Assembly: GCA_021613535.1 (NCBI GenBank)
Contig: CP075494.1
Span: forward strand, 4,712,001-4,776,000
Direction: 5' to 3'
DNA from: Adineta vaga
Taxonomy: Eukaryota; Animalia; Rotifera
DNA: 64,000 bases
Shown here: piece by piece, positions 1-13,350 of the stretch
Position numbering within the stretch: the first letter of the stretch is position 1
Layout of the letters: each line of letters starts with the position of its first letter
The notes under the pieces: generated by a model
What the model was told of the DNA's origin: nothing
The model's database searches: none
Seen by the model: only the letters and a program-made list of their open reading frames with translations
Program-made: the position numbers and the translations under genes

Positions 1-160
1 AGTTGCTGTGCTATAATAATAATAATTCATTTATCTTATCTACTTTATTTATCATTTTCTACTCCCACGTTGCAAGAACGAAGTTAAAGTCAAAGAGGAG
101 GAGAATGATATAAACTATCAAATTCTTGCTATTGCATAGGAACTTTTGTTATTTACTCAT

Positions 161-360
161 TTTGATTATATTTGTCGTTTTATACAACAGAACCAAATCA
201 TTTAAGTCATCTTATCTCATTCTGATGATACTATAGATCAATATCGTATTTTTTCTTTATAACATTTTCTCACTGAACAATCGTCTCATCTTCGTTCTCT
301 GACATTATTTAACATTTCACAAATTCGCATTTTGAATCGTCTACAGTTTAATTTTTCACC
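161..360 (+). pseudogene. Degenerate fragment of an F-box/LRR-type gene
   Basis: Frame from 161 reads FDYICRFIQQNQII*VILSHSDDTIDQYRIFSL*HFLTEQSSHLRSLTLFNI, with two stops. It resembles the FHSLCKRILP..NEIISIDLSDEDNT..FINLQSLSLYHI segment of the intact gene at 53230. Confidence 0.5.
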
Positions 361-806
361 AAAAGATGATCAAATTGATTTCTCTTATCTTTCTCCATAT
401 GTGGAACGTCTACATTGTTCATTTTTATATCGTCAATATTGAAATAATAGATTTGATTGAACAATTAGATAATTCTTAAAAGATGCATCAATGACTTATT
501 AAATACTTATCTTGTTTAACAATGAATTATACGTTTTCTTATGATATGCAAAGAATAATGAATGAGTTTGAGGATGCGAATGGACTCAATATTAATACTC
601 ACACCCACGTCGTTAGGATTTATTGACGTTGCTTTTATATCAACCAATGTGTAGGAAAAAAACGGTATGATAAGCAAATGATTTGATTTATATTTCTTTC
701 TCTTTCTGTCTCTATGATTTATTGAGAATAAGATTATCATATTAAAGAAATCTATTACTAAAGAGAAAAAGGTCATTTCTTTTTGTTATCGAAATAGAAT
801 CAAACA

Positions 807-2212
807 ATGATGTTTTTATCGTTGGTGATGCTTGCTACTGTCTTCAATATTGGAGGTAGCAATGGCTTAAACTGTCCAAATCAACAATCAATCAATAAGT
901 TATTCGAGAAAGTTCATATTCCAGGCGCTGTAATCATTGTAGTCAATGCCACTCATACGCTCTACGAACAAACTTTTGGCTATCAATCTTTATTACCGAA
1001 ACAACCGATGAATGTTGACACATCGATATTTTCTCTTGGTTCCATCTCAAAAACATTCATTGCTACTGCTGTTATGCAACTTGTCGAACAAGAACTCATT
1101 GATCTTGATGCAGATATTAACAAGTACTTATCGGAACCTGAGAGACTTATTTTTCATCCACGTTATGCGTCGTATGCCATCACTCTACGTAGATTACTCT
1201 CACATTCAGCTTCCACATATGTCAGTCTTCCAGAACAATACATTCAGCATAGACCAGGTGATGATGCGTTCACTGAATCGTTGGCTGATATATGTTTTAG
1301 ATATGTAAATCCAAACACAACAAACTGGTTACCGAAACCACCAGGTACTGTTACATCGTATTCAAATATTGGGGCAGCTCTAGCTGCATTGGTTGTTGAA
1401 CGAGTAGCAAAAATGCCCTATATCAACTATGTTAAAGAAAAAATTCTCAAACCATTGGGTGTTGATATTACTAAAACTGGTGTACGTCTAGTCGATTTTG
1501 CCAGTACAGAAGATATTGTCAAGCATTATGCCTATGCATCGAACATAACTCATTTCGAACAGTGGAACAAAATAATGTCTCAATTAAATATTACAACGAT
1601 GCTAGTAAATAAAATTTTGTAACTGATGAATGAAATTGATTATGATTGTTTTTTTCTTCATAGGACAACTTTCCTACATGGCTTTACATTCCACATTTTA
1701 GTTTCAGTGCATATCCATCTGGTCTCTTGCGTATGCCAGCTCGTACTTTATCAAAATTTCTTCAGATGTACCTCAACAATGGATCTAATATTCTTCATCC
1801 TCGATCTATTGCTGAAATCCGAACCGTAGTTGGTGGCGGTCTTATACCAGTTTACAATCAAGATTTGAGTATGAATTCTTCAGGACAACGACCATCATCA
1901 CAATTTGGTCTTAGTTGGTATTGGGATACTATGAGCGATGGTCGTCGATATTTTGGTCACGGAGGTTCCTTGCCAGGCATAGTTAATTTGATGTTAGCTA
2001 ACGAAAAGAACAACTTAGGTGTAATTGTTCTTTCAAATGGAGACATCGTTGCACCAACTGATCTATCAAAAGAAATTCTTGAAACATTAGAAAATCTTCA
2101 TATGTCCCTTTTTGCTTGTTTCGACAGCATTCCAATTCACTCGTTCAGTTTTAATTTAAAAGCAGTTCCCATTGTTTTTTTTCTCGCTCTTCTGTCTCTT
2201 TTTTACTTTTAG
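807..2212 (+). CDS. Secreted serine beta-lactamase/AmpC-like serine hydrolase; 2 exons (807-1604, 1664-2212)
   Basis: Signal peptide; SxxK (SISK), LLSH, YSN (SYSNIG) and HGG (FGHGGSLPG) motifs. The GT-AG intron 1605-1663 joins ORFs 807 and 1727 in frame. Hydrophobic C-terminal tail. Confidence 0.9.
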
Positions 2213-2405
2213 ATAGTTGAAAGATTCATTTTCATAATTATGTACACTCTTCTGAGTTATTTCTATTTCATGAATGATGTATATAATTAGTTACATATTA
2301 AATGTCTCTGCTGATTATCAATGATTGTTTTCATTATTTTTACTACAGGCATTTGAAAATAAACTGGATATTTCCAAAATTTAATTCTAAAGAAAAGATA
2401 AGATA

Positions 2406-3504
2406 CCCATGTAAACATGAAACGCACAATAGACGCGCTCTTGAAGTTTATTGAACTGCGTTCGCACGCAGTCGCATTTAGAAACGCGTCACTACGCAAC
2501 CCAGAAGTATTATCTAAATGCGTTTGGCTGCAAAGATCTTTGAAAACGCGTTGAGATGCATTTCAAAAATCTTCAAAAGCATCTGAACGCGATTGAAACA
2601 CCTTTTAAATGCGTTTCGACGCGGTTTTTGCCTGAATCGCTTTTAAACGCAATTGCTTGGTGCGAATTCGAGGTGTTTTTTCCCAAAAGAATATTTGTAA
2701 TCTGTCTTATAAGTAATCTCAAATCTTATTTTTTTTATTTTGGAAGATATTAAAATATGTAAAATCTTATGTAGAATATATCACTGTCAGTCAAAATCGC
2801 GTGAATGAGTTTGAGAGTCTTTAGTAAACTATTGATCTATCTTGATAAATGAAGTATGTCAAAGTTATAGCTAAAACTATCGTTCGATGTATTTATATGG
2901 ATCATTTGAATTCCATTTATTATTTTAATAAGAAGAATTTCTCAAAAATAATTCATCATCAGATCTTAGAAACAAATCTGTCTAATATTTATTATACAGA
3001 ATAGACGATAAAAAGACAGTTTATCTAAAACTATTAGGCTTATTTAAAAATATATTAAAAAATATTGACATTTGTTTTTGGAAGAAACGATAAAATTATT
3101 TTCGTTGATATATCGAACTTCTAAAGTCAATGATCGACTAGATATCGATTTGAACAAGAATTGATTTCGAGTAAGTATAGCTCATAATGTATGTTCACAA
3201 CTTCTGATCAATGGTTCACACGTTCAAATCTGCTTCTAGACATGTAAGTAAAATATTCAATTCATTTGCCAAAGTAGGCTAAGACCATCCAAATGTAATA
3301 TTGATGGCGACTCTGTTCGAATCTGAATCGCATTCAGACGCAGTTTGAATTCGACTGCGTTCAGATGCAACTAATTTTTCGAGCGCGTAAAAAAGTCAGG
3401 AATGTTTCATCCACGCTGCGTCTCGCTGCGTTTTGATTGCTGTAATCCAGACGCGTTTTAGGCGCGATTGAGACGCCTTTTCACACAAAAAATATTTACA
3501 TGGG
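2406..3504. mobile_element. Non-autonomous DNA transposon / MITE with short TIRs and TA flanks
   Basis: TA|CCCATGTAAACAT at 2404 and ATATTTACATGGG|TA ending 3506 (13-bp TIR, 1 mismatch). Both subterminal regions are enriched in AACGC/GACGC/GCGTT motifs. No transposase ORF. Confidence 0.7.
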
Positions 3505-3860
3505 TAATAAGATATATTTATAGAATTTTATGACACTGCCTTAACACAAGATTTCGTAAATATGTTAAAACGATGAGTCAATAAAAATAAGTATTATGTC
3601 GGATTACATGTCTGAAAAAGAAGAAAAAATGCAGTCTACATTACTGTTGTACGTGCGTTTTGATATTTGTTCTTCTCTGGTTTTGTCCATTGGTGGAGTG
3701 TTTTATAACGATATATATGATCAAATAAATGTATGGTATATTTTCTCTCTTGAAAAACAAAAGTATTTTATTATAAGTTATCGCGTAAAAGAGTGTCTTT
3801 TTCATCATACGTCTTTTTTAACATATATTTCTAGAATAAAAGAAAAATCTCTTTTATATT

Positions 3861-5127
3861 ATGGCTGAAAATTCGATTAATACTGAAGATGAAACACAAG
3901 ACAGACGAAGTAATGAGAATAACAAAGGTTTTCCCGCATTTCTAATCGTTATTTTACTTATTATTATTTGGATACTGTCAAATTTCACGATATTCGTGTG
4001 TAGCATTTTACTCGTCCTGGCTGCAAAGTTAATCACTTCGAGTGTCCAAACAAGAGAAAAAGTCATCGCTACTCCTTCATCATCCGGCATTATTAACTCA
4101 GAACCACAAACAACTATTAATTATCTGACCGAAATGCGTAATAGAGGTCAGTTAAGTGTCAATAGCAAAAAACCTTTTTAGAAAATGTCTTTAGCATGAA
4201 ATCTACAAACGAATTGTTATATTTCTATTTAGAATCTGTTGCTGAAACTGTTGCAAACGGTGGAAAAGAAGAAGATGAGAAAGGTGTTGTCCAAAAGGAT
4301 GATACTTCAACCACTCCAGCTGATCCTACTGCAACATTATCTGAAATGTCTGAAGAAGCACTTAATATGTTGATTCTCAAAGGTACGGAAAAACTCTGAT
4401 GAAAGATTTTCTTATTAATATCATCTTCTTTTTCCGTCTACAGATAACCTAGATGGATTATTATTCACAAAACAAGACATTGCAACGCTGGAAAATTCAA
4501 ATTCTACTGGACTAATCAGAGGTAAAATTTCAATAGTATTTCAATGTATAGATTCATGTCATATTTCTATCTCTTAATCTAGATCCATTGGTGACACCAT
4601 TGATATCAGAGTCATCAACTCCAAGTACACCAGTTGATAGTAATTCCGCATTTGTAACAGAAAATCCTATGAAAATAGCTATCTCCTATTCGGGAAAGGA
4701 GAGAAAACGTGTTCTAAACATTACTAGAATTGTACAAGGTCGTCTGAAGACACCCGATTGTCCTGAGCCTGTTTTTATTGATCAAGATTATCAACATGAA
4801 GTTTGTCAAGTCAACGGTCACAATTATGTTTGTGCAATTTACGATCAAGCACACTTAGTAGTTGTCTTTTTATCACCGTCATATCAAGATTCCACGCATT
4901 GTACGGGTGAATGGCGAACAATTGTTGACCGATTTATCACCGACACAAGATACAAAAATGTTAAACAACTTCTTCTGATCAAGCTTGGTGATTATGATGC
5001 GAAGACACTGGGTCTTTCTAAACGAGATTTCCCTCTTGATGGAACCCGAATAACCAATACAGATATTGCTGAAATAATTCTGAACCGGTGGGACGCTGTA
5101 GAAAAACACCTTGCGCAAACTAACTAA
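3861..5127 (+). CDS. Membrane-anchored TIR-domain protein (TIR_2-like), ~352 aa; 4 exons (3861-4146, 4233-4382, 4444-4521, 4583-5127)
   Basis: Three phase-1 GT-AG introns give one open frame. N-terminal hydrophobic hairpin, acidic/Ser-Thr linker, then IAISYSG...VFID...LVVVFLSPSY..STHCTGEW, which matches the TIR beta-A, beta-C and alpha-C Glu pattern. Confidence 0.8.
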
Positions 5128-5247
5128 TAACTTTCTCTTTTGTATGAATCAATAAGTGACTACTTTTTCACATAAATTTTCAAAATTTATAAAAAAAAAA
5201 GAATTCTAATATGCTTTATGAGTAGTCTTTGATAATGAATGATATAG

Positions 5248-6749
5248 TTACAACACACTTCGTTTTAAATAACAGTTTACAAGTGCTAGTCTATTTGTAC
5301 ATGTTACTGTCACTGCATGTCCATCTTCATATGTCCATCCCACTGGTGTCGAATGTCGATCCGATAATGTTCGAATACGACAAAACGAACTTCCATCACA
5401 TTTCAACTCATAATCATATGCAACTGCACCTATATCACTTTCACCTGTTTCACGACATACACTTTCATTCACTCCACTTCGATAAAAGTTCGCCATACTA
5501 CCATTGCGATCATCCATACAGTTTCCCATTCCTAACAACATCCATGTCGATGCTGCACTCACTTGTTCACTACTTGTACTACCACCAGCAGCAGCAATAA
5601 ATAAATCTAATGCAGATGATGTTGTTGCTGAATCTCGAGATGGATCACAACTATTCGATGATGATGATGTTTTATTCCACAATAATCCAAACAAACCATC
5701 AGATTCACATCGATCTGTTGTCCAAAGTGAGATGGCATTTTGTTGAATAAAGGATCGATACTTATCAATATGCAGTGGATCTTTGAGATATGGTATGAGA
5801 TAGTTAAGATGACGAATAAAGATACCTTTGAATAGTTTTTGATCATTATCACAATTTGGTTCACATGGTTCTTTGAGTATTTGACCTGAGGGTGGATATG
5901 TCAAATGTTGAATAGTTGCATCGGCAATGTTCTGAGCAATGTTCAACAGTGTGACATTGTTTGTTGCATTTGCTAACAATGCTAATCCTGATAAGATGAC
6001 ACCTTGATTGTATGTCCATGTTGTTTGATTATTGTTGAGACATGTATCATCACTAGAATAAAATTGAAAAAAGTGTTTGATTTGCTGATAGAATAAAGAT
6101 CATACGTGAGTCCATCATTGATGAGATAGTTGTTATTGATCATATGAGTTTGTTCAAACCAATACCATTCTTTGAGAGCCCAATTGAGATAATAAGTAGG
6201 TGATTTGTGGAGTAATGATGTATAAGGATGTAGACGCATACTACTTGCTAAGAATAGCTCATTAGTAATAGCATTTTTATATGGTCTTGTTGGACACCAA
6301 CGAAGTCCACCTTGACATTTCTGGGAATCCCATGCCTTCTTTATGATCGTTTCATGGATAAGTGCAGCACGATGTAAATATTTAATATTTTGATCAATTT
6401 TATATATTTGAATCCAGGCAAGCAACCACCATTGATGATCATCATAACAATTTCCACCTGCAAATATATCAGTTCTTGCAAATGTATGTTCAAATACGTA
6501 CTTTACAGGCGAATTTCGAAGTGCCAATAGATTAGCTAACGATTCTAGTGTATTGCCAGATTGCCAGGCTTCTTCTTTTTTCCAATGTCCAGTTAGATTA
6601 TGATAATAACAAGCAACGAGTCTTGTTGCTGTTACTTCAGCCCAATTCAAAGCTTCATTCGTTGTAACCAAAGTCTCGATTCTTCTTGCAATAACAAATG
6701 TATGAATTAAAAAGATGAGAATGACAACGAAAGAAAACGATCGTAACAT
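5248..6749 (-). CDS. Secreted glycoside hydrolase family 76 (alpha-1,6-mannanase-like) with C-terminal Cys-rich domain, copy 1; intron 6053-6105
   Basis: Signal peptide; YDD catalytic pair, GGLRW, YKNAITNELF, LINDGL, WTYNQG (formed after splicing) and FKGIFIRHL motifs. Confidence 0.9.
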
Positions 6750-7195
6750 TTTATAGTATAAAAATGAAAACGATACAATTTCAGAGTTTCTATGCCTCTT
6801 CTAGGCGCGATAACAGAGATAAGAAGAACGACTAACGACAAAAGTCTTGAGAATCGTATATTTTTTTATCTAAAACATCGAGATCATAATAAAAAAAAAA
6901 TCTTGGATATAGTCGGATAGCGCAAATTTAGCTATATAAAACGCTAAAATATGACTATATACAACATGTGAGTATACTGTTTGAGTCTTTTTGATAACAC
7001 TCTCAAATTAGAACAATGTTCGTCATTCGATATTGATTTGATGATTCATACCAACTTTGACCACATCTACTTATTCATTCGTCGCCTATTTAGGTTATAT
7101 AAAAATATGTCATTGACACATATCGGTCAATAAGAGAAAGCATGAATATATTTACATTTATAAGCATATAGAAATTGTCATACATAAAGATAAAT

Positions 7196-8994
7196 ATGCC
7201 ACAGTCATTTGCTCAATTAAATGATTTACCAGATGAGTTTTTTATGATTATTTTGAAGAAACTACACAATATTGAAGCACTCTATTCTTTAATAGGTTTT
7301 AATACACGACTTAATACAACTGTCCTAGATTCGATTTTTACAAGACATTTAACAATAACACGACCTTTTAATGGTTTTGATCAACTTCCTGATGCAGTAC
7401 TTGATCGGTTTTGTCTTGAAATTTTACCTAAAATCCATGATAAAATTGAATGGATTGATGTTGAATCACCGTCTTTAGAACGTGTTCTTTTTTTAATAAA
7501 CTATCCTAATTTAAATGGACTTGGTTTATATGATCTTTCATCCGAACGAGCTCGAGATCTCTTTACTAGTAAGATATCTTCAATTTTTTCGATAATTGAT
7601 TAAAATGGAACATTTAAATACATAAGAAATGAATTCATATTATAAGAAAAGAGAATAGAACAGACTATTACAATTAGTTCTTGAAAAAATCTTTCCACTG
7701 TTTATTAAGATTCAAGTTTATTAATCTCTGTTTTCAAAAGTCAACTTTCATCACTTGTTATTGAGATAAATAAATGTCAAGGACTAGAGAGTCCGGTCGA
7801 AGATATAAATATATTTATATTAACACAAATCATTACCAAGTTTACTAATTTACAATATTTAAAATATGGCGCATCTTCCTCTACTTATCATCAGTTAACA
7901 TTGTGTTCATCACTTACGAATGTCTATTCTTCAACTCTATTAGAATTACATGTCGTATTAGACTCTTATGTTGATTGTCTTTATTTACTTGATGGTCGGT
8001 TCAGTCAACTCCATACGTTGTCTGTCTTTATCTGTTCTTTCTCTGGCCCTTCATTAACGAAGATCAATAATGAAGTAAGTTACTGATATTTTTAAAACAG
8101 CTTTTTCTTATTCAGGTGCGTTTATAATACTTTTACGAAAATTAATTCTTTGTTTTCTAGAAGAAACTTCCGAATTTAAAATGCTTCTCGTTTACTCAAA
8201 ATGGAATGATATATATCTACAATACTTTTCTTGTTCCACTTTTACGGCGAATGCTAAATTTAGAACAACTCGGTTTGTATTTTATCACTGATAAATCACT
8301 TATTGATGGTTATAGTATAGAAAAAGATTTTACGAATTTCATGATAAAAATAAATCAATTCAGATTTAGTATCCATTCAAGTGTTACTGTTAATCAACAG
8401 GGTAATTTCCTATCAAATGAAGATATTCAAAACACATTCATAAATTTTAAAAACGATCGGATTATATCATCTGTTGATCATTTTTTACACGAAAATCTCT
8501 ATCATTGCCATGTTTATTCATATCCATATACATTACCATGTTATGATAACATAACAAATAATTTTCCTGGTAGATTATTTCAATGTGTTCATAAAATATC
8601 ACTAGTGGATGAACGTTCTTTTGAACATGAATTTTTTATTCAAATTGCTCAATGTTTTCCATGTCTGAAAAAATTTATCTTGCATAATCGAGAAGCACAA
8701 AAGAACGAAAATCAACAATGGTCTATCGTAAATTATCCTCATCTTATTGAACTTGATCTTGTTCGAGTTCATGAAAATTATGTTGAACAATTCTTAGATG
8801 AGAGAAAAATGTCTTTACCAAACGATGTTTATCTTCTTGTAAATTATAATATTCTAGAAAAAGTAACACACACTTTTACAAGAGATGCAACACGAATGAA
8901 TTGTTCTAAAATTAATCATTTACTACTGTTCAATGAACCAGATTTTGCTCTTAATCTAAAAGATTATTTTCCTAATGCTAAAATAGAGTGGTAG
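7196..8994 (+). CDS. F-box-like/LRR protein; 3 exons (7196-7568, ~7710-8074, 8161-8994)
   Basis: N-terminal LNDLPDEFFMIILKKL F-box-like motif; DCLYLLDGRFSQL, HVYSYPY and FEHEFFIQIAQCFP segments typical of the expanded bdelloid F-box family. GT-AG introns keep the frame. Confidence 0.8.
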
Positions 8995-9030
8995 TCGACT
9001 ATTTATTAAATAAAACTTGGAAAAGGAATT

Positions 9031-9310
9031 TCTATTATTGTATGTTTGTTTTAGTATAAAAATACGGTGAATGATGGTTTCAAAGTGAAATTCAACGATC
9101 ACCTAACTCATGATGGGTTAGTTATTCTCTAACATAAAAAATACGTTTTTAATATTTTGTTTATATGCCAAATATGATTCTTATTGAAAAGGATGGAAAG
9201 GAATTTTAGAATTAATTATTAATATTAGTGAGCGATATTATTACTGGAGGGTTGATTTTATTTATTTTCACGATATCATAGTACGTCACTAGGTATAACG
9301 AACGAAATAC
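9031..9310. repeat. Dispersed non-coding repeat; inverted copy at ~21940-22223
   Basis: Blocks tctattattgtatgtttgttttagtataaa, acctaactcatgatgggtta, gattcttattgaaaagga and ctaggtataacgaa all occur reverse-complemented at 21940-22223. Confidence 0.8.
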
Positions 9311-9774
9311 ACATATTTACTACATAATTGGTAATTGAAATTGAAATATGGAGAAAATGTATTTACTTGAAGAATAAGATGTTTTAAAAACGAGAATTTT
9401 GTCGAAATACAAGCTAATTCTTGAAAGTTACACATATGGAATATTATACGACGATAAATGAGTTCAGGAAATCCAACTGACGAGAGAAGAAACGATGAAT
9501 CTGTAAATTTGTAAATAATGCTGGAGAAGATGAACTATTTTCGTAAAAATAATCAATCGTTAATACTATATGGCTGATATTTTCTATGATTTCTTCATAT
9601 AAAATAAAAGTAAAATGAGTAAACGAGCAATATTATTTGACTAAAATTTTGAATATTTATAAATAATATGTAACACATCTTTTCTATTAACTGTAAATCG
9701 ATTTTCTTTTCATTGCTCTTTACTTAATGATTCTTATGGAATAAATGCGAACGATGAATTATAGAATATCATTT

Positions 9775-11480
9775 TTAATTGATTAAAAAAGTTTGAAGTC
9801 GAGTTTGATACAGTTTCCAAATCGTTTCGATAAATAAATCAAAATCTTCTTTAGTACTGCGATGACTTACAATACATACACGTATATAAACTCGATTTTC
9901 AATAGATGTCGAAGATGGAAATGCAATACCAGAGGAATATATATCTTTCAGAAGTTGATTATTAAATAAATTCATCTGTTCATAATCAGTTGAGTTAAAT
10001 TCTTTTGGTTCAAATCGAAAGTTAACGATATTTAATGAAACTGGACGAACAACACGTATAATGTCCTGATGTTGTTCTAATAATGATAGAAAATATTGAG
10101 CTTGTTCACAATTATCAGCAATTTTCTGACCAAGTTTTATAAGACCATGTTCTTTTAATGTACACCAGACTTTCAAAGCACGAAACGAACATGAAAGTTC
10201 AATACCTAAATTATAACACCAATGTTTATTATCGGTATTGTTTCGTTCAGGTTTAGATAAGTATGGTGAAGTCACAGCAAAAGTAGACTCAAGATCAGTA
10301 TGATCTCGAATTAATATACAACCAGCATCAAATGGACAATGCAACCATTTATGAAAGTCAAATGCTACAGAATCAGCTTGATCAATACCTGTAACCAGAT
10401 GACAACGTTGAGGATCAAGTATAACAAAGCTGCCAAATGCTCCATCGACATGAAACCAAATATTTTCTTGACGTGCAATCGAAGAAATTTCCAGAAGATT
10501 GTCAAAAGCACCCGTGTTCACTGTACCTATCGAACAAATACGTACAAAGTTCAAATCGTATCTATTTTTGTAGTTCTATTTTCTCCAGAATATTTACCTG
10601 CATTACCAATAACACAAAATGGAATAAAACCTTTCTCTCGATCACTTCTAATTGCTAGTTTTAGTTCGTCGATTTTTATTTGAAAATTTTCATCCACTGC
10701 TATGTGATGCAATGCACTAGAACCAAGACCTAATAATTCTAAGGCTTTTTGTACACATACATGTGCTTCTACGGATGCATATGCAATTAATTGTCGTTCA
10801 TGTATAAGACCATTTTTGCGAACATCAGCTAATATGCGTTGACGAGCTGCTGCCATACTAATTAAAGTAGCAATAGAGGTACCACTTACGAGTAAACCAC
10901 CTGTAATATCCTTTGGAAAGCCAAAAATTTGACGCATCCATTCAATAACTGTTCGCTCAACAAATGCAGCACTATGGGTACTTGAACAAGCATTGATGTT
11001 GATTGTCGCTGAAATCATATCTGCAAGAACACCACCTAACGTTCCTTCACCCGATACCCAACCCCAAAATCGTGGATGTACATTGCCTCTAGCATAAGGC
11101 ACAACATAATTAAATACATCACGACAAACAGACGATAAGGATTGACCTTTGCTTGGTAATGGTTCATCTTCTATAGTTGTAATCACAGTGCTGGGCATTA
11201 TTTGCGATACAGGACGATCTCGTACATATTGAATATAATCTAAAGATAGATTAAGGGTTTCATGTGCTATCAATCGAGCTGATGTCCAATCGACAGGATC
11301 GAGCGATGAGCTTTGTGTATTAGTTAATGATGTTGAAGAAGATAATTTCTCCTCTCCGATTTCATTAATTATGTTGACGATATTTCTTTTCCATTGATTC
11401 AGTGATTCAATGTCTTGTATAGGTTCATGTAATTTAACCAAAATTTGTCCAGTTAAATCTTTTAACTTTAGATCTGCCAT
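9775..11480 (-). CDS. Group II PLP-dependent amino-acid decarboxylase (aromatic-L-amino-acid/glutamate decarboxylase family), bacterial/fungal type; intron 10527-10597
   Basis: HPRFWGWV, GLLVSGTSIA, GNAG|TVNTGAFD across the intron, WFHVDGAFG, DFHKW (PLP lysine) and RALKVW motifs. Confidence 0.92.
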
Positions 11481-11851
11481 TTACAAAGAAGATATCTTCT
11501 AAAATGATATATGCTGTTATGTTTAATATTTTTCTTTTCTTTTGTCAAGGTTTTTTGATGATAACAATAATATTGATAAGCAAGAAAATATCATTCTGTT
11601 TCAATTTTTTTCAATGTTCTATTACTATTAGACTAAAAAAACTATAGAAGATAATTACTTATCATATTGAAATCAGACATATTCTGACAAGGATGCGATG
11701 AGTTTCTATCAACTGGAATAGTTTTCTAGTCATCAAAAATTCAAAAACTCTAAAAGACAATCAATAAACTCAGTTCTTTTTTGCAGCAAACGTATCGATG
11801 GTAGAGTGTGTTACTTCAAAAAATGTTTGTTTAAAGAAAATATAACTAGAA

Positions 11852-13350
11852 CTAATTCGTTCTCAAATAACAGTTCACAAGTGACATTCCATTTGTACAT
11901 GTCACTGTCACTGCATTTCCATCTTCATATGTCCATCCCACTGGTGTCGAATGTCGATCCGATAATGTTCGAATACGACAAAACGAACTTCCATCACATT
12001 TCAACTCATAATCATATGCAACTGCACCTATATCACTTTCACCTGTTTCACGACATACACTTTCATTCACTCCACTTCGATAAAAGTTCGCCATACTACC
12101 ATTGCGATCATCCATACAGTTTCCCATTCCTAACAACATCCATGTCGATGCTGCACTCACTTGTTCACTACTTGTACTACCACCAGCAGCAGCAATAAAT
12201 AAATCTAATGCAGATGATGTTGTTGCTGAATCTCGAGATGGATCACAACTATTCGATGATGATGATGTTTTATTCCACAATAACCCAAACAAACCATCAG
12301 ATTCACATCGATCTGTTGTCCAAAGTGAGATGGCATTTTGTTGAATAAAGGATCGATACTTATCAATATGCAGTGGATCTTTGAGATATGGTATGAGATA
12401 GTTAAGATGACGAATAAAGATACCTTTGAATAGTTTTTGATCATTATCACAATTTGGTTCACATGGTTCTTTGAGTATTTGACCTGAGGGTGGATAGGTC
12501 AAATGTTGAATAGTTGCATCGGCAATGTTCTGAGCAATGTTCAACAGTGTGACATTGTTTGTTGCATTTGCTAACAATGCTAATCCTGATAAGATGACAC
12601 CTTGATTGTATGTCCATGTTGTTTGATTATTGTTGAGACATGTATCATCACTAGAATAAAATTGAAAAAAGTGTTTGATTTGCTGATAGAATAAAGATCA
12701 TACGTGAGTCCATCATTGATGAGATAGTTGTTATTGATCATGTGTGTTTGTTCGAACCATTGCCATTGTTTGACAGCCCAGTCGAGGTAATAGGTAGATG
12801 GTTTGTGAAGTAGTGATGCATAGGGATGAAGACGCATGGTACTTGTGAAGAAGAGTTCATTAGTAATAGCATTTTTATATGACTTATCTGGACACCAAAA
12901 AATACCTCCTCGACAAGTTGTAACATTCCATGCTTTGTTTACTACAATATCATATATATCTGCTGCGCGATTTAAATACTTTATGTTTGGATCTATGGAA
13001 TAGGCTTGTACCCAACCTAATAACCACCATTGATAATCATCAAAACAATCTCCACCAACGAACATATCCGTTTTGACATATGTTTGATTAAATACATATT
13101 TCAACGATGTATTTCGCAGATGTAAAAAATTAGCTAGTGATTCGAGAGTATTACCTGATTGCCAGGCTAATTCATTTTTCCATATACCAGATGACTCATT
13201 ATAATAACAAGCAACGAGTCTTGTTGCTGTTATTTCTGCCCAATTCAAAGCTTCATTCGTTGAAGAAGTACCATCTACAGTTTTTGTTATTTTTGACGTA
13301 TAAATAAAAGAGATCAGTATGAAAAACGAAGAAAGTGATCGGAACACCAT
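11852..13350 (-). CDS. Secreted GH76 alpha-1,6-mannanase-like protein, copy 2; intron 12651-12703
   Basis: Same motifs as copy 1 (FDD, YKNAITNELF, WTYNQG). The 3' half, including the intron, is nearly identical to 5290-6143. Confidence 0.9.

Noticed and set aside
2287-2753. ORFs inside the TIR element as a transposase
   Set aside because: Short, no DDE or HTH motifs; they derive from the subterminal repeats.
5229-5746. His-rich plus-strand ORFs 5229-5600 and 5504-5746 and their copies at 11806-12344
   Set aside because: Antisense shadows of the GH76 genes; they recur only because the DNA is duplicated.
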